This document shows positions 8,473-18,780 of a stretch of DNA of 64,000 nt, one piece after another; position 1 is the stretch's first letter; every line of letters starts with the position of its first letter. The translations under genes and the position numbers were made by a program. The stretch lies in NCBI GenBank assembly GCA_963801815.1, contig CAWDGJ010000003.1, positions 288,001 through 352,000 on the forward strand. Reading direction: 5' to 3'. The notes beneath the pieces were generated by a model. The model did not search any database. It was not told the DNA's origin and worked only from the letters and a program-made list of their open reading frames with translations. Source of the DNA: an uncultured Verrucomicrobiae bacterium. GTDB lineage: Bacteria > Verrucomicrobiota > Verrucomicrobiia > Chthoniobacterales > UBA10450.

Positions 8473-10191
8473 TCAGCTGAGTCGCGGTTTCAATTCGGCG
8501 AATTTTTTCTGTAGTTCTTCAACGCACTGCGACCACGGCTCGTAGCGAGCGCGTTGCGTCTGACAAATATTGGCCAGCGTTTGGAACCGTTTCGACATTT
8601 CCGCGCAAAATGAATCAACGGCTTTTCCGAATTGGCTCTCGAGCGTTTGTTTAAATTGTGGTTGCTTTGGATCTAACTCGCGTTCGTAACCGCGTAAGAC
8701 CTGGTGGCGATAATTGAACGCCAGGAAAATCACCAGCAACACGCCAATCCCCGCGACTGCTGCCGCACCCATCCCCAGAGTCGGGTTCCGGGTCTTCATC
8801 AAGCCGGCTACGATTGCGGAGAGCGCGCTCACTACGCCCACTGCGCGTAGCGCAATTGAAGTACGGGAACACGTTCTCGTAAGGCGCTCCTGAAGTGATT
8901 TGCCAGCGAGGATGCCAATGAAGGCGTTTTGAACCGCCTCGAAAAGCTCGCGGCGTTGGGCAGCAAAGTCGGGGATGGTGGGTCGCGCTTCCTTTCGCAG
9001 ATCGGCGGACAATTGATTTTCAAGCAGGTCCTGCATTTGCGGCCAAAGGCTGCGTAGATCTGTTTCCAAGCCGTGAGCAGCCCGGTCCATCTGCGGCCGC
9101 AATAGTTCTCGCAACTTCGCTTCGATGCCGGCTTGTTGATCCGGGATCCGAGCGCTTTGCCCGGCGATTAGTTTGAGACCGTTCCACCAAGTCACCTTTT
9201 CCCGTAGGAGTTTAGCCCTTTCTTCCGTTGTTTGGTCATAGCCGGTTTCCATATCGCGCACCAACCCTCCGATTTGGCGACGCAATTGTTCCCGGCGGGT
9301 CCCAAGCAAACTTTCAAGCCGGCCTAAAGCCGATTCATCGGCGGAAATCTTCGCGAGAGACCCGCTTACTTCTTGATCGAACTGTTCGAGAGTTACACGC
9401 GCTGCCTGAAAAGTGGAGCGCAGTTTGAGCATGCGTGTGCTCGATTCGGTCACGATGAAATTTATCTGTTCTTCAAGCGCTGCTAAGCCGCTTTCTTCCC
9501 AGAGCTTCTCTTTTTCGATGGAGCTGGTCCGTGCCAACTGGGCTTTTCGCGCGGACACTGCGAAAAGTGGCGGAACAAAGCCGAGCTGGCGCATAGCGGT
9601 ATCCTGAAGATGGCGATGGATGACCTCGATTTCGGTCGGTTCGCGCAAATCGATTTGCTGAAGCACGAAGATTACGTTCTTGAGCCACGTCTTTTGCAGG
9701 AAGTTTAAAAATTCCCAGTTCGACTGCGTCCATGGATTCGCGACCGAGAACACGAACAGAACAATATCCGCGCGCGGCAAGAAATCCTCAGTCGTCGTTT
9801 GGTGTTCCTTCACCATCGTGTTGGTACCTGGAGTGTCGACGACGTTGAAGTTGTGCAAAAACGGAACCGGCAGATAACGCTCAGTTAGCTTCGGTGACAC
9901 CTCGACTGTTTTCTCCTCCGGTCCGTAACGAAAAATATAAACCCGATCCGTCGCCGGAAGCACGTCGACCCTGGCAAACTCGTCACCAAAGAGAGCGTTG
10001 AGGAGCGAAGATTTTCCGGATTTCACTTCACCGACTACGACGAACAATAACGGCTCGCTGAGGTCGCGGAGAAGCGCCTGGAGCGTATCTAATTCGTCGG
10101 CCGGGCGATGCATCTCGGACCCGAGCTTGATTAAGCCCGCCAGTCCGCTTTCAAGCTCGCCTTTGAGCTGCAAATATCGGTCGGCGATCAT
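8473..10191 (-). CDS. Bacterial dynamin-like GTPase with C-terminal membrane segments
   Basis: GEVKSGKSS (G1), PATD (G2), DTPG (G3), VSAR, long helical region, two hydrophobic segments near the C-terminus. Confidence 0.85.
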   Translation of the reverse strand: MIADRYLQLKGELESGLAGLIKLGSEMHRPADELDTLQALLRDLSEPLLFVVVGEVKSGKSSLLNALFGDEFARVDVLPATDRVYIFRYGPEEKTVEVSPKLTERYLPVPFLHNFNVVDTPGTNTMVKEHQTTTEDFLPRADIVLFVFSVANPWTQSNWEFLNFLQKTWLKNVIFVLQQIDLREPTEIEVIHRHLQDTAMRQLGFVPPLFAVSARKAQLARTSSIEKEKLWEESGLAALEEQINFIVTESSTRMLKLRSTFQAARVTLEQFDQEVSGSLAKISADESALGRLESLLGTRREQLRRQIGGLVRDMETGYDQTTEERAKLLREKVTWWNGLKLIAGQSARIPDQQAGIEAKLRELLRPQMDRAAHGLETDLRSLWPQMQDLLENQLSADLRKEARPTIPDFAAQRRELFEAVQNAFIGILAGKSLQERLTRTCSRTSIALRAVGVVSALSAIVAGLMKTRNPTLGMGAAAVAGIGVLLVIFLAFNYRHQVLRGYERELDPKQPQFKQTLESQFGKAVDSFCAEMSKRFQTLANICQTQRARYEPWSQCVEELQKKFAELKPRLS

Positions 10192-10201
10192 GCCGGCAAT
10201 A

Positions 10202-11035
10202 TCAACTGTGCGGGGTCGGCGATGGCGCTGTCGGTTTTACGGGCGTCGACTTTGCCGACGGGGAAGCCTTGGCCAAAGGCGAGGTCTTCGGTGAAGGGGA
10301 AGGTTTGGGCGGGATTGGCGTTTGCATGGCAATCAATTCCGAAACGGTCACGAACTTGAATCCTTTTTCTTCAAGCTGTTTCAACACGCATGGCATTGCC
10401 TCGATGGTCCCCGGATGAATGTCGTGCGCAAGAACGATCGAACCGGCGCGAGTGTTCTTTACGATACGGTTGCAAACAACGCTCGGCCCTGGTCTGCGCC
10501 AATCCAACGGGTCGACATCCCAAAGCACGATCTTGTAACCGAATTCCTGATTGATCCATTTTTTCTGGCGCGCCGTAATCGAACCATAAGGCGGACGAAG
10601 CAATGTGGGAGAGCTACCGATTGCGTTCTTGATTGCTTCATCGGTTCGCCGGATCTGCGAACGCACGCCATCATCAGACATTTTTCCAAAATTCGGATGC
10701 GACCAGCTGTGGTTGGCGACTTCGTGTCCTTCATGCGTTTCGCGTGCCACAATGTCCGGATATTCGGCGGCATTTTCGCCGATCAGGAAAAATGTGGCCT
10801 TGATATGATGGGCTGCGAGCAAATCCAGCAGCTTCGGAGTGAGTTTTGCACTCGGTCCATCATCGAAAGTCAATGCGATATAGGGACCATCGACGTGGAC
10901 CCAATCGAAAGTGATTCCCGGTTCAACTGGGGGTGTCGACGTTGTTTTCTGGCTGGCCTGCGCAGCAACTGCATCATTCGCATTCAGGGACAGACTTCCA
11001 GCCAGACCGGCGAGGCAAAAAAGGAACCCACGCAT
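10202..11035 (-). CDS. Secreted polysaccharide deacetylase (CE4/NodB)
   Basis: TFDDGP, HSWSHP, RPPYG, WDVDPLDW, IVLAHD; signal peptide and Pro/Ser/Lys tail. Confidence 0.92.
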   Translation of the reverse strand: MRGFLFCLAGLAGSLSLNANDAVAAQASQKTTSTPPVEPGITFDWVHVDGPYIALTFDDGPSAKLTPKLLDLLAAHHIKATFFLIGENAAEYPDIVARETHEGHEVANHSWSHPNFGKMSDDGVRSQIRRTDEAIKNAIGSSPTLLRPPYGSITARQKKWINQEFGYKIVLWDVDPLDWRRPGPSVVCNRIVKNTRAGSIVLAHDIHPGTIEAMPCVLKQLEEKGFKFVTVSELIAMQTPIPPKPSPSPKTSPLAKASPSAKSTPVKPTAPSPTPHS

Positions 11036-11281
11036 AATGATCATGAGATTTTCCAGACGGTACGAAACTTCGCTGTATCTAGCAGACACATAATGTTACG
11101 CAACTTGCGGGCTGATGATCCTGCGGAAAGTCGATCTATCTAGGGGAAAATCTGATATTTATCTTTCATCGGCTGATTGACTGTTTGTGGCAGCCATTCT
11201 GCTCAAATCACCCTTGGTTAAATCGGCGATTTGTCTTTTCTAATTTCGTCGATGGAAGTTTTGGGAAACGAACTGCCAGAG

Positions 11282-13171
11282 ATGAGAATATTGCTCGTTG
11301 AAGATCACGCGCAGAGTCGCAGATCTCTGCAAAAATTAATCGAAAGACGTGGCCACGAGATCGTAGCTGTCGGAAGTGTCGAGGAGGCCGAAATAGAATT
11401 GTCCCAGCGGTCTTTCCCGTTTTTGATCCTCGATTGGATGTTACCTGGCAAGAGCGGGATTGAACTCTGCCGCGAATTACGGGCCAAGCCCCATGGCGAC
11501 GAGCTTTTCATACTATTGGTCACCGCCCGCGACAATGCCGCCGATCTGGAACAAGCGCTTGAAGCGGGTGCCAACGATTACCTGACCAAACCGCTCGATT
11601 CCGCCCGACTAAATGTCCGCCTTTCCGTGGCGGAGCGACGAATTCGGGCTCTGAACGAGCGCGTTCAGGCTCGGGCCGAACTGCAAGATGCGGTGAGAAA
11701 GATGACCGACATTCTCGAGAAAACGAGCGACGGTTTCTTCGCGGTCGACCGGGACTGGAAGTTTACCTTCGTTAATCCCCAGGCGGAAAGGTTGCTCGAG
11801 CGCCGGCGCGAGGATCTGATCGGCAAGGACGTTTGGATGGAATTTCCGCAGTTCAAGCGCGATGCGTTTGAGACAAATTATCGGCGCGCAATGTCGGAGC
11901 AGGTTGCGGTTGAATTTGAAGCGAGTGACGCCGGCGGCCAGGTCTGGTTTGAATTGCTTGCTTACCCGAGCGGCGGCGGAGTTTCCGTGTTTTTGCGCGA
12001 CGTTACGGAACGCAAGCGCGGGGAGGCAGAGCGACTGACGACCAGCAAACTAGAATCGCTCGGCACTTTGGCCGGAGGCATTGCTCATGATTTAAACAAT
12101 ATTCTGACGGTCATTTCCGGCAACATCGGCCTGGCCCAAATCGAAGCGCCAGCCAATTCCACGAACCTGCTATCCTCGTTATCAAAGGCCGCTTGCGCAG
12201 CGCAGCATGCCGCTCAGCTTTCAAATCAGCTGCTGACGTTTTCAAAAGGCGGGTCGCCTTTGAAGCGAGTCGTCTCTATCGCGCAACTTGTTTCGCAATC
12301 GGCTGAATTTTCGCTTCATGGGTCAAATCTTTGGGCCGAGCTGGACGTCGCGTCGAATCTTTGGCAGGCGGCGGTAGATCCGGCGCAGATTGAACAGGTC
12401 ATGAATGCGCTAATCATCAACGCCCGCGAAGCGATGCCGGACGGTGGTACTGTGCGAGTCGCCGCTCGTAACATCGACATCGATGCAAATTCACCGGTTG
12501 CGCTTGAGCCGGGACGCTACGTCAAAGTTCAAGTCACCGATCATGGCAATGGAATTGACCTGCGCTCAATCGCCAAGATTTTCGATCCGTATTTCACAAC
12601 CAAGGCCTCCGCCAGTGGTCTCGGGTTATCGATCAGCTATTCGGTAATTAGAAAACATGGCGGCCTTCTGTTGCTGGAAAGCACTTCTCGAAGTGGCTCG
12701 ATTTTTTCCTTCTACCTTCCGGCGAGCGGCGCGGAGATACCGGTGCCGGAAACGACATTTGCCGAGCAGACTTTCGATTTTGTCCACCAGCGGGTGTTGG
12801 TAATGGATGATGAAGCAGCTATTCGTGATATCACCTCGGAGTTGCTGGCAACGCTCGGTTACGATGTAACGGTGGTTCCAGATGGCGCCGAAGCGTTAAA
12901 GACCTACGAGCAGGCGATGCGTCGGGGTGAAAACTTTCGGGCCGTGATTCTGGATGCGACGATTCGCGGTGGGATGGGTGGGGTAGCCACCATCGAGCGG
13001 TTGCGCGATCTCGACCCGAAAGTCACGGCGATCATTTGCAGCGGTTATTCGGACGAAGCGGCCCTGGCGGAATTTCTGGCCTACGGTTTTCAGGCCGCGC
13101 TGGCAAAGCCGTTTACCCGCCATGAGCTTGCCAACGTCCTTCAGCGCGCGCTCGAAACGAGGGAAGTCTGA
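11282..13171 (+). CDS. Hybrid sensor histidine kinase (REC-PAS-HisKA-HATPase-REC)
   Basis: LLVED..LDWMLPG..KP receiver, PAS (DWKFTFVN), GGIAHDLNN H-box, NAREAM, FDPYFTTK, GLGL, C-terminal receiver. Confidence 0.93.
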   Translation: MRILLVEDHAQSRRSLQKLIERRGHEIVAVGSVEEAEIELSQRSFPFLILDWMLPGKSGIELCRELRAKPHGDELFILLVTARDNAADLEQALEAGANDYLTKPLDSARLNVRLSVAERRIRALNERVQARAELQDAVRKMTDILEKTSDGFFAVDRDWKFTFVNPQAERLLERRREDLIGKDVWMEFPQFKRDAFETNYRRAMSEQVAVEFEASDAGGQVWFELLAYPSGGGVSVFLRDVTERKRGEAERLTTSKLESLGTLAGGIAHDLNNILTVISGNIGLAQIEAPANSTNLLSSLSKAACAAQHAAQLSNQLLTFSKGGSPLKRVVSIAQLVSQSAEFSLHGSNLWAELDVASNLWQAAVDPAQIEQVMNALIINAREAMPDGGTVRVAARNIDIDANSPVALEPGRYVKVQVTDHGNGIDLRSIAKIFDPYFTTKASASGLGLSISYSVIRKHGGLLLLESTSRSGSIFSFYLPASGAEIPVPETTFAEQTFDFVHQRVLVMDDEAAIRDITSELLATLGYDVTVVPDGAEALKTYEQAMRRGENFRAVILDATIRGGMGGVATIERLRDLDPKVTAIICSGYSDEAALAEFLAYGFQAALAKPFTRHELANVLQRALETREV

Positions 13172-13249
13172 ATCGGCAATGGAGCGAGCCGGGAAGCCGC
13201 GATCTAGACGAGCGGCCGAGAGGCCGAGGAGCGGGAGCGAACGAGTCAC

Positions 13250-13696
13250 TCAGCTCTTCTTGATTTTGTCGAGCTCAGCGAGGAACGCTGCAATGCCGCC
13301 GGTGTACAAGCCCTCGTAGCGCCAGACGGTTTTGCCATCACCGTCAAGGACGATCAACGTGGGGAAGCCGTCGATTTGATAGCGTTCTGCGAGCTCCTGA
13401 TTTTGTTTTTGCACGTCAACGCTTTGCGCCTTGCGACGAGGGAAATCGATCTCGACTAGGACAAGATTCTTGTTCGCGTAATCTTTAAATTGCTGCTGGG
13501 ACAGAATCGCCTTGTCGAGTTGGAAACAATAGCCACACCAGTCCGAGCCGGTGAAGTCCAACAGCAAAAGCTTGTGATTCGCCTTTGCTTCTTCCTGTGC
13601 TTTTTTCAGGTCGGTGCTCCAGGCCGAATCGGCGCGCGCCGAAACGGCGCTGAGCGATCCGAGCACGACGAGAATCGCGATTGCCAGGTTTTTCAC
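13250..13696 (-). CDS. Exported thioredoxin-fold protein
   Basis: Signal peptide, DFTGSDWCGYC, GFPTLIVLD. Confidence 0.88.
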   Translation of the reverse strand: MKNLAIAILVVLGSLSAVSARADSAWSTDLKKAQEEAKANHKLLLLDFTGSDWCGYCFQLDKAILSQQQFKDYANKNLVLVEIDFPRRKAQSVDVQKQNQELAERYQIDGFPTLIVLDGDGKTVWRYEGLYTGGIAAFLAELDKIKKS

Positions 13697-13816
13697 GTTT
13701 GAAGTGTCAACCAGGCGGCATCGCTACGCAAGTGTGCACAGAACCGCCAACGCGGCTCCAAATCGGACTCGCGTTTCTCTTAGTGGCGCTCAGAGCGCCA
13801 TCCTGCAGATCCCAGC

Positions 13817-14095
13817 CTAACGAATGTGGCCCGAGACGAGCTTGGTCATCTCGAACATGCTGACCTGACTCTTGCCGTTGAAAACCGCTCGGAGCGTGTC
13901 GTCGGCATTGATTTGCGTTCTTTTCGTTTTGTCCTGAAGGCCGTGCTTCTTGATATAGTTCCAAAGCTTCTTGGTCAGTTCGGAACGGGGCAGGGGCGTC
14001 GAACCGACGACGGCGGCAAGCTTGTCATCCGGCTGGACCGGTCTCATGAAGGCGGGATTGGGCTTTCGTTTTGAAGGAGTCTTGGTTTTCGGCAT
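13817..14095 (-). CDS. Standalone SWIB/MDM2 domain protein
   Basis: LAAVVG..PLPRSELTKKLWNYIKKHGLQD..KRTQINADDTL..VF....VSMFEM. Confidence 0.92.
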   Translation of the reverse strand: MPKTKTPSKRKPNPAFMRPVQPDDKLAAVVGSTPLPRSELTKKLWNYIKKHGLQDKTKRTQINADDTLRAVFNGKSQVSMFEMTKLVSGHIR

Positions 14096-14165
14096 ACAGG
14101 CTGATTAATGCTTCACCTGCGACAGGGCAATAATTATTTTGGGGTAAGGAAATTTTTTTCGCTTG

Positions 14166-15339
14166 CTAATTCGACCGCCGCACCGTCACCGCCGCAACAT
14201 CATCCGGCGGTGATTTGGGCGAATCCGGCGTCGCCGCATTCAACATTAACTCCAAGAGTGCTTCTGCACTCACAGCGAACGGATTGATCATTCCAGCGAG
14301 CTGCGTCGGAGTCGAGCGCAGCCGGCCGGTGATTGCGCCCGCCGAATAATCCGTCCGTGTAAAGGGTGAATGCATCGCCCGGATTCAACTCCACAACCGC
14401 TTCCGTGAACGTCGACCGGTCTTTCAGTCCAAGCGGCGGCGCCGACGACGGGATCGCTTCCGTTCCGCGACCAAATCGGGTTACCAGAAGCGGTGGATGA
14501 CCTGCGCCCACCACGCAAACTCGTCCGTTTTTCGGATCCAATGCCGCGCACATCGCGCTCATGAACGAGCGCCCGCCAAAAATGCCGCGTAGATCGTTGT
14601 TCACCGATTCCATGATGGCGATCGGCTCGTCGTATTGTTCGCGGCCAGAGTGAAACAAAAATTTTGCCAGGGTAGTCAATAACGCGCCGGACGCGCCGTG
14701 ACCGGTGGCATCGGCAATCCAGAACAGCCAGCGGCCATGCTTGAGAGGCAGCCAGCCGTAAATATCACCGCCGACTTCGATCACCGGCCGGTAACACATG
14801 GCGATCTCCCATCCGGCGAGTTGCAATGGCTTCTGGGGAATAAGCGATTGCTGGGTCGCACGCGCTGCGGCCAGATCGCGTTCGTGATTTCGCCGCCATT
14901 CTTCCAGGTCTTTATTTTGCTTTTGCAGTTGGAGACGCAACGAATGAATACGAAGTTGTCCCTCAATCCTCGCCCGCAAGACCTCAATCTTGATTGGTTT
15001 GATCACGAAATCGTCCGCGCCCGCTTCCAGGCACTGGACTTCGCTTTCGCCGTGGCCGGTCAACATGATAACGGGGAGCTGCGCGATCTCCGGGTCTGGA
15101 TCTGCGCGCAGGTACTTCACTGCTTCGGTTCCGTCCATACCCGGCATTTTGAAATCGAGCAGCAACACGGATGGGCGGTCTTCATGCACCAGCTTCAACG
15201 CTTCAGACGCGGTGTCAGTTTCGCGGCAAAGATAGCCGCTGGCTGACAGCATTCGCGTCAACAACGCCCGGCTGGTCGCGTCGTCGTCGACGATCAGCAC
15301 GCTCCGCTCAGATTCCATCACTGCAACAAGTTCGGGCAT
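14166..15339 (-). pseudogene. Response regulator-PP2C/SpoIIE phosphatase (RsbU-like), frameshifted near the 3' end
   Basis: Receiver plus VGGD, IADATGHG, GAGHPP, LYTDGL. The terminal DDVAAVTVRR motif lies in another frame (ORF 14166..14375), implying an indel near 14320-14345. May be an assembly error. Confidence 0.8.
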
Positions 15340-15428
15340 CGCCGGACAATTGTCTTTGGAAAATGAGTTGCGATTCCGGACCCACTGGCATTGAAATAGA
15401 AGCAGTGTAGACTCCGTCCAAGAAAATT

Positions 15429-15818
15429 ATGAAATTGTGGCTCTCGCTCGCGATCCTCACCGCGTTCCTCATTTCGGCCTGCAACGAGGACCAACCGCCC
15501 CCAGTTCAGCATCGAGCAGCGAAATATCCCGCGGAGGAGACCAACCCGGAGAATCCACCGACCCAGCAACCGTTCAACCCGAATGCGCCGCCGCCGGAAA
15601 ATGCCGACGCCAGCGCGCAGCCGCCGGCCCCAGCTCCAACCGCCGCGGCGTCGAAGCCAGCCAAGGGCGATTATCCCTATGGCACTCCGGTTCCAGGCAA
15701 ACCCGGTTTTGTGAAAAGCCCGTACGCTCCGGACCAGGGCCTGGTCGACGTTCGCGGTTTCCCGCCCGGAACGGAGGTTAAGGATCCTTTCACGAACAAG
15801 ATTTTCCTCGTGCCGTAA
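15429..15818 (+). CDS. Proline-rich lipoprotein
   Basis: Lipobox LISAC, P/A/Q linker, compact C-terminal domain [18 protein letters not shown]...[11 protein letters not shown]. Confidence 0.8.
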   Translation: MKLWLSLAILTAFLISACNEDQPPPVQHRAAKYPAEETNPENPPTQQPFNPNAPPPENADASAQPPAPAPTAAASKPAKGDYPYGTPVPGKPGFVKSPYAPDQGLVDVRGFPPGTEVKDPFTNKIFLVP

Positions 15819-15839
15819 CCCGAGTTGCGGGGGGGTGAT

Positions 15840-17192
15840 ATGGAGCTACGCGTAAAACGAGCGCCTCGGATTGAGGCTGAGATCACGGTCCCCGGCGATA
15901 AGAGCATTTCCCATCGGGCCGCCATCATCGCGGCGTTGTCGAACGGCACGTGCACTTTGCGCGGTTTTTTGCCGAGCGATGATTGCATGCGGACTGTCAA
16001 CGCCTTGCGCGCACTCGGAGTTCAAATTGACCAACCGGAGCCCGACTTGCTGGTTGTTCACGGAAAAAAGCGGGTCCTGACTCCGCCGGCCCAGGAAATT
16101 GATTGCGGCGGGTCCGCGACGACCATGCGGCTTTTTGCGGGTTTGCTCGCCGGCCAAACCTTTGAAACGCGACTTGTTGGAAACGCATCCCTGACTCAGC
16201 GGCCGATGGATCGCGTGATCGAGCCTCTGCGCAAAATGGGCGCCGACATTGTTGCCGAAGGACCGGAACAAACACCGCCGTTGCGAATTCGCGGCGGCGC
16301 CCTGCGCGGCATCAATTATCAATCGCCCGTCGCCAGCGCGCAGGTGAAGAGCGCGATCCTGCTCGCGGGACTTTTCGCCAAGGGAAAAACAACCGTCGAC
16401 GAGCCATTCGCCAGCCGAAATCACACCGAGCTCATGTTTAATTATTTTCTGATTCGCACCGCGAAAGGTGAGGACGACACCGTCAGCGTCTTCGGTGACC
16501 AGATACCAGAGTCGCGCGATTTCACAATTCCGGGCGATATTTCGTCCGCGGCGTTCTGGCTGGTAGCCGCGGCTGCTCAATCTGGCGGACATCTTCTGGT
16601 CCGCAATATCGGATTGAACGACACCCGCACGGCTTTGCTCGGGGTTTTGGTTCGAATGGGCGCACAAGTTCGGGAAGCGGTCGAGGATGTCGATCAACTG
16701 GAACCGCGCGGAGTCGTTGAAGTGACCGGCGTACCGCTGAAAGGGACCGTAATTCATGGCAAAGAAATTCCGCAATTGATCGATGAATTGCCGGTTCTCG
16801 CGGTCGCCGGTGCGTTGGCGAGTGGCACGACAATTATTCGTCATGCTCAGGAGTTGCGAGTTAAGGAAACCGATCGCATCGCGGCGATCGCGCACAATTT
16901 GCGCGGTATGGGCGTTCAGGTGATCGAGCTTAACGATGGCCTCGAGATTCATGGGCCCGCGCCGTTGCGAGGAGCAAAACTGGCGTGCTTTGGGGATCAC
17001 CGCATCGCCATGGCGTTTGCCGTTGCCGGACTTTTCGCCGACGGCGAAACAATCATTCAGGACGCCGAATGCGTCCGCGACTCATATCCCGGATTTGAAA
17101 GAGATTTGGAAGAGTTCATGAGTCCGCGACGAGTTCGCACCAGCACGCCTGTCATCGGTACGCTCGTTCCTGCGGCGCCGGTCGAAGAGTAA
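15840..17192 (+). CDS. aroA: 3-phosphoshikimate 1-carboxyvinyltransferase (EPSP synthase, class II type)
   Basis: PGDKSISHRA, RPMDRV, ASAQVKSA, SRNHTE, PGDISSAAF, ELRVKETDRI, DHRIAM. Confidence 0.97.
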   Translation: MELRVKRAPRIEAEITVPGDKSISHRAAIIAALSNGTCTLRGFLPSDDCMRTVNALRALGVQIDQPEPDLLVVHGKKRVLTPPAQEIDCGGSATTMRLFAGLLAGQTFETRLVGNASLTQRPMDRVIEPLRKMGADIVAEGPEQTPPLRIRGGALRGINYQSPVASAQVKSAILLAGLFAKGKTTVDEPFASRNHTELMFNYFLIRTAKGEDDTVSVFGDQIPESRDFTIPGDISSAAFWLVAAAAQSGGHLLVRNIGLNDTRTALLGVLVRMGAQVREAVEDVDQLEPRGVVEVTGVPLKGTVIHGKEIPQLIDELPVLAVAGALASGTTIIRHAQELRVKETDRIAAIAHNLRGMGVQVIELNDGLEIHGPAPLRGAKLACFGDHRIAMAFAVAGLFADGETIIQDAECVRDSYPGFERDLEEFMSPRRVRTSTPVIGTLVPAAPVEE

Positions 17193-17250
17193 CGCGTGCT
17201 TGCTTCTGCGCGCGTCTCGCGAAAAACTGCGCTGGCCGCGCAAATTAGAG

Positions 17251-17907
17251 ATGCAACTCAGGACTCGACATCGCGTCATCGCAATCGATGGTCCCGCAGC
17301 TTCGGGGAAGAGCAGTGTCGCCCGAGAACTGGCTCGGCGACTTGGCTTTGTCTACGTCAACTCGGGAGCCATGTATCGCGCAGTCACGTGGTCGGTCTTG
17401 CAACATGGAGTCGATCCCGCGGACAAGGATAAGATCGCGAAATTCATCACGAGTCTGAAACTCGAGGGCGAACTCAAAAACGGCGAATTCCGTCTTCGCA
17501 TCGACAATGTCGATCTAACGCCACATTTGAACGAGGATCGGGTGAACAAGGACGTTTCGCGCGTCAGCACGGTCCCGGAAGTTCGTCGAATACTTGTCGA
17601 GCGGATGCGAGGTTATGGACGAGAACACGATCTCGTTGTTGAAGGGCGCGACATTGGCTCAGTCGTTTTTCCAGATACATCCTGCAAGTTTTACATCGAC
17701 GCCTCGCCGGAAGTCCGGGCGCAGCGCCGCGCCGCGCAAGGACAACGCGACGAAATTGCTCGCCGCGATCAGGCCGATTCCTCACGCCCGGCCTCGCCCT
17801 TGGTCGTCGCCCAGGACGCCGAAGTCATCGACACGTCGCATCTGACAGTCGAGCAAGTTGTCGATGAAATTCTTAAGCGATTAGCTCCGAAACAAATCGC
17901 TGAATGA
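17251..17907 (+). CDS. cmk: Cytidylate kinase
   Basis: IAIDGPAASGKS, SGAMYRA, EGRDIGSVVFP, RRDQAD. Confidence 0.96.
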   Translation: MQLRTRHRVIAIDGPAASGKSSVARELARRLGFVYVNSGAMYRAVTWSVLQHGVDPADKDKIAKFITSLKLEGELKNGEFRLRIDNVDLTPHLNEDRVNKDVSRVSTVPEVRRILVERMRGYGREHDLVVEGRDIGSVVFPDTSCKFYIDASPEVRAQRRAAQGQRDEIARRDQADSSRPASPLVVAQDAEVIDTSHLTVEQVVDEILKRLAPKQIAE

Positions 17908-18518
17908 ATTTCTATTACTGGCTCGGTTATCACCTTAGCCGATGGCTTGCCCGGTTGTTCTTCGGCTTCCGAATTATTCATCGCGAGCGTGTGATTCAGG
18001 ACGGGCCGGTGATTTTAGCGGTGAATCATCAGAGTTTTCTTGATCCGCCGCTGGCCGGTAATGCCAGCGATCGGGCCATTTTTTTCCTAGCCAAGAAATC
18101 ATTGATGGACGCGCCGATTTTGGGCTGGCTGTTGCCCAAGCTCAACGTGATCCCGGTTAATTTGGAGGGTGGTGATCGCGGCGCGCTCAAGGCGTTGCTT
18201 CGAATCCTCAACGCGGGGGAGTGCGCGCTCGTTTTTCCTGAGGGCACGCGCACACCGGACGGAAATTTACAGCCTGCCGAGCCGGGGCTTGGTTTACTCA
18301 TCGCCAAGACGCGCGCACCGGTTGTCCCGATGCGAATCTTCGGCGCCTTCGATGCCTGGCCGATCCACGGAAAATTGCAGTTGTTTCGCAAGATTACCGT
18401 CGTCGTGGGCGAACCGATCTATTTCTCTGAAGCTGATGTGGCCGGTCGTGGAAAAGATCTCTACGCGCGATTGAGCCAGCGAGTCATGGACGCGATCGCG
18501 GTGTTGCAGTTGCCCTGA
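17904..18518 (+). CDS. plsC: 1-acyl-sn-glycerol-3-phosphate acyltransferase
   Basis: NHQSFLD, FLAK, FPEGTRT, PVVP. Confidence 0.9.
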   Translation: MNFYYWLGYHLSRWLARLFFGFRIIHRERVIQDGPVILAVNHQSFLDPPLAGNASDRAIFFLAKKSLMDAPILGWLLPKLNVIPVNLEGGDRGALKALLRILNAGECALVFPEGTRTPDGNLQPAEPGLGLLIAKTRAPVVPMRIFGAFDAWPIHGKLQLFRKITVVVGEPIYFSEADVAGRGKDLYARLSQRVMDAIAVLQLP

Positions 18519-18559
18519 GGTTGATTTGCATCCGTAAGATTGGCGTCGAATAGTTTTGT

Positions 18560-18748
18560 GTGAATCCAGAGCCGAAGGTGTCAAAGAATATCGGCCTCCT
18601 TATGGTAGGCATCGTGATCGGTTTCGCACTCGTTGCGCTTTACGCAAATATTCAGAAACTGCGACGGCCGGCGATTGAGAAGGTTATTTTCACGCCAGCG
18701 GAAGCCTTACCGAAGCAAGCGCCATCGCAGTCGCCGAATGCGCGTTGA
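18560..18748 (+). CDS. Small single-TM hypothetical protein
   Basis: IGLLMVGIVIGFALVALYA hydrophobic helix; fills the gap in the same orientation as neighbours. Confidence 0.6.
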   Translation: MNPEPKVSKNIGLLMVGIVIGFALVALYANIQKLRRPAIEKVIFTPAEALPKQAPSQSPNAR

Positions 18749-18780
18749 ATATTTGCACCAATCGGATGTCTAATTAACCC

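Noticed and set aside
15846..17000. Long antisense ORFs (also 38586-39581, 10322-11143, 60278-61048, 6336-7040)
   Set aside because: Shadow frames of well-supported genes in GC-rich sequence, with no motifs of their own.
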